DNA of 56,023 nucleotides, the filler included, from Catajapyx aquilonaris (taxonomy: Eukaryota), in the NCBI GenBank assembly GCA_000934665.2. It is 2 parts of 2 records of this genome, joined end to end, with 100 filler letters (N's around TTAATTAATTAA, not from the genome) between each part and the next. Parts side by side here need not be neighbours in the genome. Positions count along the whole stretch, not along the records: positions 1 to 27,966 come from JYFJ02004974.1; 1 more part is not named here. The stretch is one strand, 5' to 3'. The first letter of the stretch is position 1; each line of letters starts with the position of its first letter. Shown one piece after another: positions 10,878 to 24,100 of this stretch. The notes under the pieces were generated by a model. That model worked only from the letters and a program-made list of their open reading frames with translations. It was not told the DNA's origin and did not search any database. The position numbers and the translations under genes are program-made.

Positions 10878-11650
10878 ATGGAAAGACCCTGCTGTGACTC
10901 TTGCAAAGGTAATTTAACTTGACTAAAGATGCATTGTACACTCATCATGTGAATAGCACAAATGGGGAACTTGGCACAAACATAAAGCAGTGCTAAGTAG
11001 GTCGAATGCCAGACCTACAATGCTCATTCAGAATATTGAGCAGAGCAGTTGGTTCATGTAATCAATGTAATTATGCTAGTTCAACACGACACTAAAAGCA
11101 CACTGCATTGCAGGTATAGTGGGGAAACTTCTTTGCTCTATTTGTCAACAGCCCCAAACTTAACAACAAATCAAATGTGCAGTGTAACTTGGCCTAGCAA
11201 CCTTTCACTGCATTTACAAATCAAACAAATTGATTTCATGCTTTGATTTCTGGACAGCGGCTGGATGTTTGGGAAATGCAGCCCTGGGAAGTTGCGCTTG
11301 TGATGGGGGTTGTGGGTGTCCTGGTGACATGTGCCAGTGTTGCCCCGACCCTGGGAGCCAGCCCCAGGACCAAGGAAAGCCAGCTGGGGGTGGAGGCTGC
11401 TGCGGATCCGGACCCAAACCTGGGCAGACGGCTAACAAGCCAAAGGGAGGTGGTTGCTGTGGAGGAGGATCCGGAGCCAAGTCAACCAAGGGTACGGATA
11501 TCCCTAGTTTTTCATTCCAATAATAATCTCGTAATTCCAAAAAGTGCGATTGACATGTCCGGTTTTGTGATTAGCATAGGCTTATCACTGTTGCAGCCCA
11601 TTAAAAATGGCTCATCTCGATTCATTTCAGGTGGCTGTTGTGGCCATTAA
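10878..11650 (+). CDS. Metallothionein-like protein C, 94 aa, 17 Cys: 11-Cys MT domain plus Gly/Lys/Pro tail with three GGCCG motifs
   Basis: Exons 10878-10908 (31 nt, G|gtaatt; same size and phase as MT-A exon 1), 11258-11491 and 11631-11650 give MERPCCDSCKAAGCLGNAALGSCACDGGCGCPGDMCQCCPDPGSQPQDQGKPAGGGGCCGSGPKPGQTANKPKGGGCCGGGSGAKSTKGGCCGH*. The Cys order CC-C-C-CxC-CxC-CxCC-P is identical to MT-A. AATAAA at 11755-11760. Confidence 0.85.
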
Positions 11651-12182
11651 ATTGGCACTTGCATCACTTTGGTTCAGATGATGAGGACTACCATTTGGCA
11701 AGAAAAAAAATACCACAAATATGCAAGGATTGCTAGTATCTATATTTGACACAAAATAAACCTGTGAAAATCAAGTTGTCTATTTGCTACTGAAACAAGT
11801 CCCCAACTCAGCAGCATGCCTTCTGACTTCTTAGATAATTTGCTCAGCACATGCTAATAAAAGCCTCAAGTTATGGGAGCTAAATATGACAGCAAGAGAA
11901 TGCTTCTAGTATTAGGGACCTGACCATTGCAAACAGATATGGAAAAAAAAAAAAAAAAAAGCTGGGCACTTACCAACTTCTCCCGCTCTTTGTCTTGTTC
12001 CATTATGATTCACTTAAAAACTGTCAGTCTTGTAAAATGAACAGACTAGTTCTCTCCTTCACTCTTTTCAATATATTCTGACTGAGATTCACACTGTGGT
12101 CTGAATAAGCAATATTAGGGAGGGGCAGAAAAATAAAGCACAATGTCTTTTTTCTTTAAATCACAGGCAGAGAGGGTTGAGT

Positions 12183-15100
12183 TCAAATGTTGAGGGCGTC
12201 TTCTGAATCTTCAGAATCCGCGATTTGGCTGTCTTCGTGTTTGTCTTGCTTCTTCCTGCTGAACAACTTTCCTTCCACTCCAGTCTTGCGGATGCTAAGG
12301 ATTGGGTGCATAGCAGAGCGCAGGCTCCAAAACAGCTTAGGGAAGAGAACTTCCTGCTGGGCAAGTAGTTGCTTCACTCGATGCCTCTCCTGTAATGAGA
12401 AAAAGTGAAGCATTTTTAAACTCATGTTCATGACAACGCATGCTAATGTGTCAGTCAGAAAAGTTTGCATATTTTATCAGCAGTCATGTCTGAATTGACA
12501 GATGTCACTGCTGAAACTTTACTGGGCATGCCTGAGCTAGGAGCAACACTTGCATGTTTTTTCCATCCATATTAATGCTGCTTGAGGCCACGGACTGTGA
12601 TTGAACATAATCTAGATTTCTTTTGAAACTAGAATGTTCTATTATTTACTGGTTGTAACAATTAAGGGGGCCCATTAGCAAAAAAATACGGCAACAATGC
12701 GAGCCCTTGGCGATCACGTAAACAAACTCGCGTATGCATGGACAGCATATGGGGATTCGACATGTCTATGCTTCTGTGGCCATGTGGCCACAAAAATGGA
12801 GCAATGGACACAAAAATTACACCAAAAAATAAGACATGATCTGGCGCATGGCACCAGCATCGTCATTTTACCATTTTCGGATTAGAAGTGACCTTTTCAT
12901 CGAGTTGAAGTGAAAGGAAAATGGCGTTCCCGAGAAGCCCATCTGAATAACATGGCGGCAGGAAACGCGACAAAGTCGGGAACGCTTCTGTGCCCATATG
13001 TCCACAATTTTAATGCAATCATATCGAGTATGGTACCATAGTAAAGGTCAAACCTTTGCGCAGGGCACCTTCATCGTGATTTTTCCGATTAACGGTGCGT
13101 TTCGCCACAAAAAATAAAATTCCCTCAAAAATGCGCCTTCTGCCAAGTCTGCTTCTGTACCTACTTGAACCCAGAAAATTACTAGTTGGCATGGTAATGC
13201 ATCACACAACAATGGTTCCTGGACAAAGAGATCCAGAAGCAGAGTAAAAGTCACTCTAGACGAGGTCTTAAAGTGCTTGCGGTACCCACAGAGGTGCCAT
13301 TGGCCTTTAGGTAACATTTCAATAAATGTGAAGTATAACTCCAACAACAACTTCAGATACACTAAAATGAATCATGCTGCATTCAAACGCTGCAATTTAC
13401 ACATTCATGAGTGTAAAAGTTGCAGCTTTTGAGTGCTAGATTCACTTATGGATGGTAATAAGCATCTGGCATCTGGATGAGGGTGGCTTTAGAGGAAAAT
13501 GGCCTTTGGAATAACAAATATCTGGTGGGACATTTCACAAACTTTTACCGTAATCTTATCAGGGGGAGTCTAACAAAGACTAATAAAGAAACTCATCCCT
13601 CACGTGTATTGACAAAAACCTACTGGTATAGAGCTGCTCCACTAATTAGTTGCTATCCAGTGTTACCAAGTTGATAATCTGATTTTATTGTCAACTAGCA
13701 GGTTACCCAGCGTTGCCCGGGTAAGTTATGGTGGTAGGCCTACAATGTAATGAGGGCATTACCATGGAAATCTATGAATATTGTTAAATAGGTAATTGGC
13801 AATTGGTTAATTGGGAATATGCGTGTTATGGGTGTTAGGTTCATTTTCGGAAGCTGAAACATGCGGCATTAAATTCCTTGAAAAATGTAACTCCCGATAT
13901 GCTAATTTAAGGCGGTGTAGGGGCCTTCCCCTGGATTTCTATAAGGGACAAACAAACTGACAAATTGACAAACTGACAAACTTCCTTATTTATAGAGATA
14001 GAGATATCGAGAAATTCTCTTGGAACCCCCTGTCTCGTCATGTAGGTCTAGCCTGGAAATTTGCCAATTCGCAGTGGTTCTCAAAGTGCATTCAGCAGCA
14101 CATTGCTGGATTTTGGATTGCGAACTGACCAAAAATTCAAATTCTTCAGATTCAGATTTTTCGGATAAGAGGTCAAAGTATAGAAGTGGAATCAAGGGGT
14201 TAACCACTGAGGCGCTCTAAAAATCGACCGTAGTTAACAAAGTTTCACAGGTTTTTACACAAGCATGCGCTACTGCAAAAAAAACTGTCATAAGGGGTAC
14301 AAGCAGTGCGAAATGTGGGAGTGCTTGTCCTACCCTACGCTTAGCATTCCAGTGCCACCATAGCTTACAGGCCCCTGTCCACACTCTACCAACCTTTCTA
14401 ACCCAACCTACCCCTGCACTCTGGACCCATCTCACCCGTGGATGATAAGGCCAGAGACAAAGTAGCTGGGAAAAATCCTCCCCTAACCAACAAATCAATA
14501 TCCCATGGCTGAACCCAACTTTGGCCCCTGTCACTACGATGGGGAGAATGCCTGAGCTTGGGACCGAACCCAGGACCCTTACATCCGTGGGCGCATACGT
14601 TACCGCAGCGCCACTCCATCTCCCACTACTTGCAGACATACCTGCCTGGTGAATGATGCACTAAACTTCTACACACCCGAACATCTGAAACCCTTTCTTC
14701 ACAATGGCATGTACGCTTCCTCTTCCCATGTCACAGAAAGTTAATTACCATATCTTAAGAATGCCAGATAAGGCATAACAAAAGGTGTTTTCGGCTTAAG
14801 CAATCCTTTCTTTTGTTATTTTTATTCCCAGAACAGCAGATTGCTGCTTGCATTTCTAGTTAACCCCTTCGCTACCAGCTACGCCGAAAAAGCCTAGATT
14901 TCAGCCAATCTAAAGATAAAGACAAGATATTTACCCATTCATGGAAAACACTATCAATGTGTTGCAAACAATTTTACTCCTCTAAAAGTCCCTAAATTAA
15001 TCTCCAAAAAGACCGCCTTAAAAACTCAACTCAAAGAAGAACTGTTCGGAAGATTTAATTATGAAATACGCTAAAATATAGAGAACAACAACCTTGAGAA

Positions 15101-18100
15101 CCATGCCAGAGGAATTTGCTGAAATCATTGTACTTTGCGAGAAATAAATTAATACAGGTAAAATCTCGTTACCACGAAGCCTGCAGGACCGGGCAAATCT
15201 TTTCGTAATAACGGAATTTCGTTAAATCGAGATTGGTTATTTTTATTTCCCCCGCAAGTATGACCGAATCTGTCAACTCCTGGCACACATGTACGTCGTC
15301 ATCTGCGGCTACAAAATTGTGAAAGGTAACTTCATCCGGCATGCTGGTGCTTTCAGTGTCGGACCTCCACAGGTCGTCAGGGTCATCTGAGTCTTCACCT
15401 TCCTGGTCACTCCCCAAAACCAACACTGCCGACCCCTTAATGCAACTTCTACCCCAACATTTCACGATTGTTGACGGTGTTACGGACGACCACACACTCG
15501 CTTATCGCTAGACAGTGCTGGAGCACATGTGGCGGAGCATTGCACTAGAACATATTTCGTTATATCAAGATCAATACTAGCCAGGGATCCACCCTTCGTA
15601 TTCGTTGTACTGAAAATGTCGTAGTAACGCATTTCGTAATAACGGGATTACAAATACATTGCTCTTACAGCTGGCCAACCAAAATTTTATTTTTATTGCG
15701 TTCTATTGAAGTTTCGTTGTATTGGTATTCGCTAAAACGAGATGTTACTGTACTTATTTGTGGCTTTTTTACACTTCGGAAAACTCCCAAATTGATTTAC
15801 TTCTCGCTAAGTGTCAAAAATTCGCATATAAGTAGGCTATTAATATATTTCACGCAGAGTACGTGATTTCAGCAAATTCGTCTGGCGTGATTCTCAAGGT
15901 TGTTGTTCCATATATTTTAGCGTATTTCATAATTAAATCAACCTAATTAACAATTGGCCGGTAGTACTCTGATTTCAAGTTTTTAAGGCGGTCTTTTTGG
16001 AAATTAATTTAGAGACTTGTAGAAGAGTAAAATGATTCGCAACACATTAAGTGTTTTCCATGCATGGGTAAATATACATAGCTGTTATTACTGTATTTGT
16101 AAAATATGTTGTCTTTATCTTCGGAGTAGGCTTAAGCTGAAATCTAGGCATTATCAGCCTAGCTGGTAGCGAATGGCATTTCTCAGAAAAGCCATGCATG
16201 GTGTTAAAGATAATTACGTGTTGAGATAAGATAGGATGAGTAAGAGTACTGAAACAATTGTCAAGCCAACATGTCCAACACATTAGCTCTTTCCTTAGCA
16301 ATTCCAGATCCAGGCCTCAGGGGAAGGATGTGGCAATGAGGTTGAGATGGATGTGTCCGTGATCATGAGCAAGGCATGAAGTCATATCAAAGCTATTTTT
16401 ACAAAAGCATCATAATTATGATAACAATGTGTAAGTTTTCCTATGACACGCTCTGGAACGAGATTGTGACAGTGTTGTATCATTAGGTTCTTGGCTCCAT
16501 CAGCATCAATAAATTAACACATTTTGCTGCAAATAAAATATTACTCCTTATGACATTGCCAGTAGAAGTTTCCTTCCTATTTCAATAACCAACAGTTAAT
16601 GAACTTATCACAACTTACTGTGGGAGCCTCAAAGCAGGCAGGACAGTTCTCTGGAATGATCGGCAGCTTTCTGGACTCTGCAAACTGCCTCAAATTCTTC
16701 TCCCTCACATATGCAAAGGGTCGTATCACTCGCAGATCTCCCTCCCTATAAATATTAACAACCATGAGTGTCGATTAATGAATGGGCCATAAAACCGGTC
16801 ATAAAAATGTGTTGCCAACTGATGACAATGTTACTGACATCACTGTGTAGTGGGCCTTCATGGTGCGCAAGCGGCCATTATGGAAGACAGACATGAAGAA
16901 ACTCTCAGCAAAGTCATCAAGATGCTGGCCCAAGGCGAGGACATTGTACTTTTCACGTCGTGCTGCATTATAGATGCGTCCACGCTTCATACGGCTGCAG
17001 AAGCTGCATATTGAGGTGCACTCGGGAAGGGCAGCAGCTTGCTCCAGTATCCCTGAAACAAAACAACAAAAATGATGATTTTGCGACTTACTTCAGACTA
17101 TTCTACATGGCATATCTAATCTCATGATGCCACTACTCAATATATTATCCAAAATTAAAACCATCATACCTTGTTCCTCATAAAAGTAGGGGATGTCTAA
17201 GCTCTTGAGGTAGGGTATCAGTGGACTAGGGTCATAAGCAGAGCTCTTGGGATCCACCGTGATGGCCCCCAAAGTGAACTTAACATCTCGGGAAGATGCA
17301 CTAAACTGGTACTGATGCAATGTATGAAGCAGCGATAAAGAGTCCTTCCCACCCGAAAGGCACACCAACACACGGTCTCCATCTTGAATCATGCGGAACT
17401 CCTGAATGGCCTGGAAATGGTAAAAAACTGGTTAGTGAAATCTCTTGCTATAACAGCATCAATACGCTCACATCACAGATTCTTCAAGTGCCTTACAAAG
17501 TACACATACTCCAATTTTGAAGAATTCCTAGTGACGTCAATACCACTGCTGATATTCATTGCCTGGAAATTTGCTTCCACATCAACGCACTGTTCCAGCA
17601 AAATTAAATTGTTTAAAAATAATTTAATTTGCTCGAATTGAAGAATTCTTAATAAATACATCTCCTTCCCTTCTGCCTGTGGCTCAAAGTAGTGGCTGTT
17701 GCACTGAATTAGTTACTCTCTCTGGAACTTTAAAAAAATTGGAGTATAGCTGAATGATCTCTCAAAATTTCTCACCAGTTAGACACATGCAAAACAGTTC
17801 ACATCACTGTAAACTGAATAAAGCGTTTCATCTACAGAGATTAATGCGGAATTACCTCCCACGTAGGCTTGAGTATGTTCTTAGGTGGATGACACCAGCT
17901 ACTCTCTCCACTGCCAGTGACGCCACCCAAACTCCTGCGTCTGGAGCAAACAGGGACATCCTCCCTCTGCTTCTTTCTCTTTTTCTCTTCCTTCCTCTCT
18001 TCCTTTTTCTTGTCGTCTTTCTTTACTTCCTTTGGCAATTCCAAACTTGAAGTGGATTCCACATCCAGCAGCCCTGTGCAGTGCAGATCAATTCCACTGT

Positions 18101-21100
18101 CCCTTGAATCCATTGTGATCCTGCCAATTGGGATGTTGCTATTTCCATCTCTCTCTGTGTTATCTGGGCCATCTAAAAACACACTGTCCATTGAGGATAT
18201 CACGCCCTTTAGTTCCTCCTTCACCTCACTAGCAAGCTCCTTTGACACTTCCACTAGTATCTCTGCTACCTCTTCCATCTTTAGGGTGGAATCTTCCCGA
18301 CTTAGGCGAGCTAGAAATTAAAAATTAAAAATTGTTATATATTATGTAAATTTCCCCTGTCGCTCCGACAGGTGTCATGGCAGTTGATGAATCACTTGGG
18401 CAAACACAAGTGTGGACACACTGACTGTACAGATTGCTAAACTCAGTTATAAATATACTGTCATTTCCCGTTATGTTCAATTAAATTTTCCTGACTTAAA
18501 AATGAGGCATAATCTACCATATCTGTAAAAGTTGAATTAAGAACTTCTATATCTTCCAACATCCCCATTTGCCAATTGAAACTTGAACAAATTCAATGCA
18601 AATTCGACAATTTCACACCCTGAATTAAGAAAACAGATAGGAAAAATAAAGTTTCACCTTTGTGTCCACTAAAAATTTCTCACTGCAATGAATAAATCAA
18701 TCCTGCAACAAATCCTTAGACAAAATGTGTACATTGCTCCTGTATCTCAGGTGAGGCATGTTTGCTTCAGTTTTAAGATGCTTCAAGAGAATAGATCAGT
18801 CAAGTTAAGCCAGTAAAACCCATAAATTATAAGGCCAACTTTTCTCTTGTGTACTCACATGACACAAAGTCAGCTCCATCATTGTCAGACAACATGTCCT
18901 CCACCCTTGAGATGACTTCCCGTATTTCAGACTTGAGTTCAGTGGCAATCTCATCAGTCATTTCCTTCACGTACGAGTCCAAGTCCTCTGAGGCGGAGAA
19001 GGATGATGCTGTGGACCTTGGGCTCCTCTTGCTCTCTGCAGCCAACACATGTGGTGTGAACACATATGGGATAGTCACTGGATCACTCTTTGGCACTGAC
19101 TGCATTGCTACTTCATCTCCCACAAAGATTGTCAAAGGCTGGGTGGTGGGAACTGCTTCATCCAAACAGGACATTGACAGATGCCGGTTTCTAAGTGGTT
19201 CCTTAGCCTGCAAATAAATAAAACATCTCTTTTCAAAAAAAACCATTTGTCGAAACATATTCCAGATATTTCTCAAACATTGTTATGCAAAGTGGGTGTC
19301 GAAATCTCAAGAGGAAATAATACAGAAATAACAGACCCTGGATGCAGGAAAATTTCCCCAGTTTAAAGTTTTTGTTTGGTCTCCCGATACATAATTTTCA
19401 TAATCTTTTTTCTGGCATATAATGGAAACTTGTTCATTTTTTAAATTGCGAAACTTAGATCCTTGGCTATGAACAGCCATTTCTGTGGCACAATTTCAAA
19501 AACATAGGCAATAACTTCATGTTTTTATTGCTAGATGAAAACCTCAAAAAATAAACAAAAGAAAGAGACAAGTTGGAACAGTACAAAACTTATTACAAGT
19601 CCCAAGGTGTCCATAATGCATTTCCCTCTTAGTCAGCATCAGTCTGAGATGAATGCTAAGTTTTGATAAGCTTAGTGGCCTGGTTACTCTTGGACCATTC
19701 ACAAAAGCACACCTTGAAGTCTACTTCAACATAAACCAATTTCTCATAAAAATAAGATTTCATGGAGAAGAGCATAATCGAAAGAAACTGGATAATATTG
19801 AAGCCTTGTTCCTGGATAAGAAATCTGAGCATCTCTAAATATCCAAACAACTCTCCTGTATAGCTAATCAAGTTTGTAAGCAGCAACTGAAAATTCATCA
19901 ATCCATACTGTAGCCCTGTCAGCCGAGCATGCATCTGCGACTGGAGATGGCAGTTCAAGAGGTATGCTCAATCCAGCAGGTGGAGTCCCCCCACTGCACA
20001 ATGACAGACAATTTCATTATTTACAATGCTAAAAATTGCCCCATGAGTTGTTTGAGTGAAAAATGTTGATGACGTTTGGCGGAAGCCATCTATGCTGAAA
20101 TCAGGTTAAGGTCTGCAGTATTTCTGTGAGAATTTTTTCCCCGTAGATAAGTGAGAAGGCAACCTAGACACCATATCATTTTGTGGAAGAGCACACCAAG
20201 CTCAGCAACAGAATATTTCTTCTCTATGGCCATATGTGTCACCTGTCATATCAACTTTAACTAAGTGGTTTTCTACAATTCCGTTAGCATGCAGCATGAA
20301 TTGCCACCTTCAAAGACGTGGACACTGAATGTTGTGAGTTCATGTCACAGAGATGGTTCAGGGAAAAAAACGAGATTTCAACTGACTTGTAAAAATTCTT
20401 CTGCAAACTTATTTTACCAAGTTTATTACCATAAAAGGTATTAATACCATGTAACGTTATTCCAGTGAGAACTGGGGCACAACAAAATTGCCTCTTTAAA
20501 TTATTTTAACCTCATGGTAGGACTGGATGCTATGGGAAGAAAATTCGATAATCTTTATTCACAGTCATTGCTTACAAATTTTTCCATGTGGTTATATTCG
20601 GGAGAAGATTCACAAGAGCGCAGCATTGCCACACAGAAAGAAAATTCATTGCCCTGTATGATGGATCGAGACCTAAGGAACAAGAGAGGGAACCTCTCTC
20701 TGGCTCTCTGCTTTGCATTCAACCAAAATTCTACTCCACTTGCATGGTGACCCAACTCATAGAGGATGTCCATTCAAATGTGGTCATTTGCACTTTTTAA
20801 ACTGTTGTTTTTAATAAATATCATTATCAATTTCTGCAACAAACTTCATGTGACATGTGCTGTAACTTTCCATACAACCCTGTAGCTGTAACTAAAAAGT
20901 ACTCACTGTTCAGAATGAGTATGGAGAATTTTCTATTATTCCTCCTTACACTTAAATTCAATAACGAATTTGTCTGCAGACTATTTCACATACATCGTCT
21001 GTGACAGCTCAGGACTACAAGTACAAGAAGACATCCCACTAACCACAGCTTCAATCTGGCTTAAAGGACATGCCAGTCATCGTCAAACATCACTTGCCAT

Positions 21101-24100
21101 CATGACAAGTAATTAGGCATGCATGGAATGGGCATCCATAACAATGTGAATACTTCCTGTACAGAAAAAAGGGCACATCATGCATCTGGCACTGTAATAA
21201 CATAAGACACAATGACCTAGACTCTTCTCAGCATAGGCATAAAACAACTGAAAGAAAATCTTACCATATGTGATCAGATTCAGTATGAGACATTACAGAT
21301 ACCACAATGCCCAAGTCAACGGGAGAAAAACCAGCCATATCTGTACTATATCTAGTATCATTTATGGCATAAGGTATTTAGTAAGTAATTCAAGTACACA
21401 TGCGGACCAGTTCTGCTTGGGTAAGCTTGTTAATTCTATTCAAGGGGTATGTGAAGATTGTGAACCATCTGCATCTACAGTAGGGCCTACCGGAAGCAAG
21501 GAGCCACTTGAAAAACGGGTACGAAGTTTGGCTCTCTTCTGAAGAGTCCCACCAGGTGACCAAAGCCTCACTTCAGCTGGGGACAATGGTGCTCCATCTC
21601 CAGGCAGTGGGCCAATCATGGAGTCTGGGGATGAGGAGGAGGGACGTAGGAGGTGATGGTGGGACAAGGTAGATGGGGACCGAGTTTCTGAGTATTTGGG
21701 GGGCATAAATGGTGAATGTGGAGGAGGAAGAGGAGAGGGAGGGGGGGACCACGCTGAGGATTTGAGAAGATAGTCCCGTGCTTCAGAAGGAAGAAGAAAC
21801 CACCGTAGTTCTGCAGCCTGCCCACTGAACAGGAGGGCCTGGTCTGGAAGAGGTAGGCGTTGGGCCATCTGAAAGAGTCGGCTGATGAGCAACGGGTATT
21901 CGCAAAATGTCATATTTCCTGAAATGCTGCCAAAATTCTAGAACTGTTGTGGTCATGCATTATTTTTTAGAGCGATAACTCCTGCTGCAGGACCTAAGAT
22001 TTATACTACAGCATTAATTTACTGGCAGATAATTAATGCACCTTAAAGGCTGGTTTATATTCGATTGTAAGGCTCTCTTCCACCTGATTTTGAGCTTACA
22101 CTATTGGAGCATAGCCCTCTTCCACCATGCAACTCAATTCTCTATGCCACTCCGAAATTTGAGGAAAGTTCAACAATATCTGGCCTATTAATATTGGAAA
22201 GGGCAGTCTTCAATCCCACATTTAATTGCACAAAATACTCCCAACTGCACCTTTTTGGCCTGCCTGAACACAATTTTGGCAGCCTCCAGACATTCCTCCA
22301 TTGTTTCAGGGGCTGGCTTTCCCTGCACCTTCGGTGGCACAAAATCCATCCCTTTTTCAGAGTAGTATATGGAGCCCAGCCACCTCCTCTCCTTGAAGAC
22401 AGCGTTGGTATGGTGTTTGAACTCTGCAGTCTCAGGATTGAACTGGTACTGGGGCAGAAGGGTCCATCCATCCTTACAGACCATCTTCACTGCCTGCAGT
22501 ACAAAGTTGGCCTCCTCATCGCTCATCATAAAGGGGAGATTGAAGCGAGAAAAGCCGGGGCGAAGGACCTCATGGGCTGAGTGTTCTTCTCTTCGGCGAA
22601 GGTGACTACGATCCAGGCGCCTGCACAAGTTGTTACGAGAGGCAAAAATTAGAGCACAACTCACAAGCTATCGATACATTTACTGCAGTTCTACTTCTTT
22701 AACCTAAAATAGTAAAATGGGCATCATTCAGATTCCCTATCTTATTTCTAAAATTATTATTTTAGGAAATTTGACAGATAATCTTGTGTTGACAAAATTT
22801 TCATTCTCTTGCATCCTTATCTTAATTTACCCAGTTTGAAAGGGTTATCAGCATGGTGCACAAACATATTGCACAATCCTTGATTTCGTGAAATATCATT
22901 TTGAAACAACAACATACACCTCTAAAATTTGGGTGTTCATCTACTATTGCTCCAAAAATTAAGAATGCAATTTCTACATTATCTGTTTAAATCCACATCC
23001 ACTTGAGGTTAGAAAATTTGGGATTTTTGTCACATTTTGGCCCCTGCATATCCACTGATTGTTGCACATTTGCAATTCCGGCTGTCACTTTTTCATTCAT
23101 ACTCCCATGCACCTGTTATACCAAAAATTTTAATGCCCTAAGCAGGGATGGTGGAGTGGTGCAGCATTAACACTCGCACCAATGGATTGAAATGTCCCAG
23201 GTTAGATACCAACCCTGTGTAATTGCAATGCTTTATAAAATACATAAATGGACTAAAACAGCCGTAAAAACATGTGTAACTGTATGTCAAAGAATACATT
23301 ATAATTTTACCGAGATTTAGCATTTACTAGATTTTCACCATAGGATAAGTTTTGCCTGTGAAGCAAGAAAGAGTAAGAAACCTCACCCATCTTCCAGAAG
23401 CAATGCTTCATACTCCTTCGCTAGATCCACGCCAATTCCAAGAAGGTCCTGAGCATATGGGCCAGCACACGCACACCCTCCTCTCGTTTGTATCCCAAAC
23501 AAGTCGTTAAGTAGTGCACACACATAATTATAATGCAGGTATCTCCCTGACTCCTCATGCTGCACCAAAAAGGAGAAAATTGGAAGACGTGGGCCCGAGG
23601 AACCACCGAGCAGCAGTAGTCCAGGCATGTCCTTCAATGCCTTCAATGCCTTCTGGCACAATACATCTTCTCGCTCCATGATAAATTTAGGTGTCACGCA
23701 CTCCTTCAGCTGCATCACCATTCCAGCCCTCACTGCTTCAACAATAGCTGGAGTCCCTCCTTCCTCTCGCATTTCCACATCACGCAGGTACCTATGCCCA
23801 TCTCGGTGAACAAAAAACACACTACCACCACCCCCACCATTAGGCACTGCATTCTGAAACAATTCCTTCTTGGCTACCAGCACCCCAGGTGTCTGTACAC
23901 CACCCACAAATTTGTGGCAGGAGAAGAACATGGCATCCTTGTCAGCAAGTCCCTGATGCATCCCAGGCACCTTAGGGTTCATGTCCAACTGAACATAAGG
24001 AGCAGCAGTAGCATAATCCCAGAAGGCAAGGGCACCATACTGATGGAGAAGGACAGTGGTTGCTACTTCATCTGAAAGGACTCCTGTGACATTGGAGGCA

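Noticed and set aside
10000..11540. Minus-strand ORFs over the acidic gene and MT-C (10068-10571, 10031-10294, 11214-11540)
   Set aside because: These are antisense shadows of low-complexity plus-strand coding exons.
11631..11650. C-terminal GGCCGH as a Rab-type geranylgeranylation signal or Rab gene end
   Set aside because: There is no GTPase domain upstream, RabGGTase needs REP recognition of a Rab fold, and the same motif also occurs twice internally.
12183..17410. TtcA-like region as bacterial contamination or as ordinary CTU1
   Set aside because: It is interrupted by canonical spliceosomal introns and host TEs, lacks CTU1 zinc-finger motifs, and is in phase with upstream desulfurase exons.
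19656..20773. ORFs 19656-19958 and 20555-20773 as independent genes
   Set aside because: No recognisable motifs. They lie in introns of the fusion gene, and the plausible exon at 19993-19909 uses a different frame.
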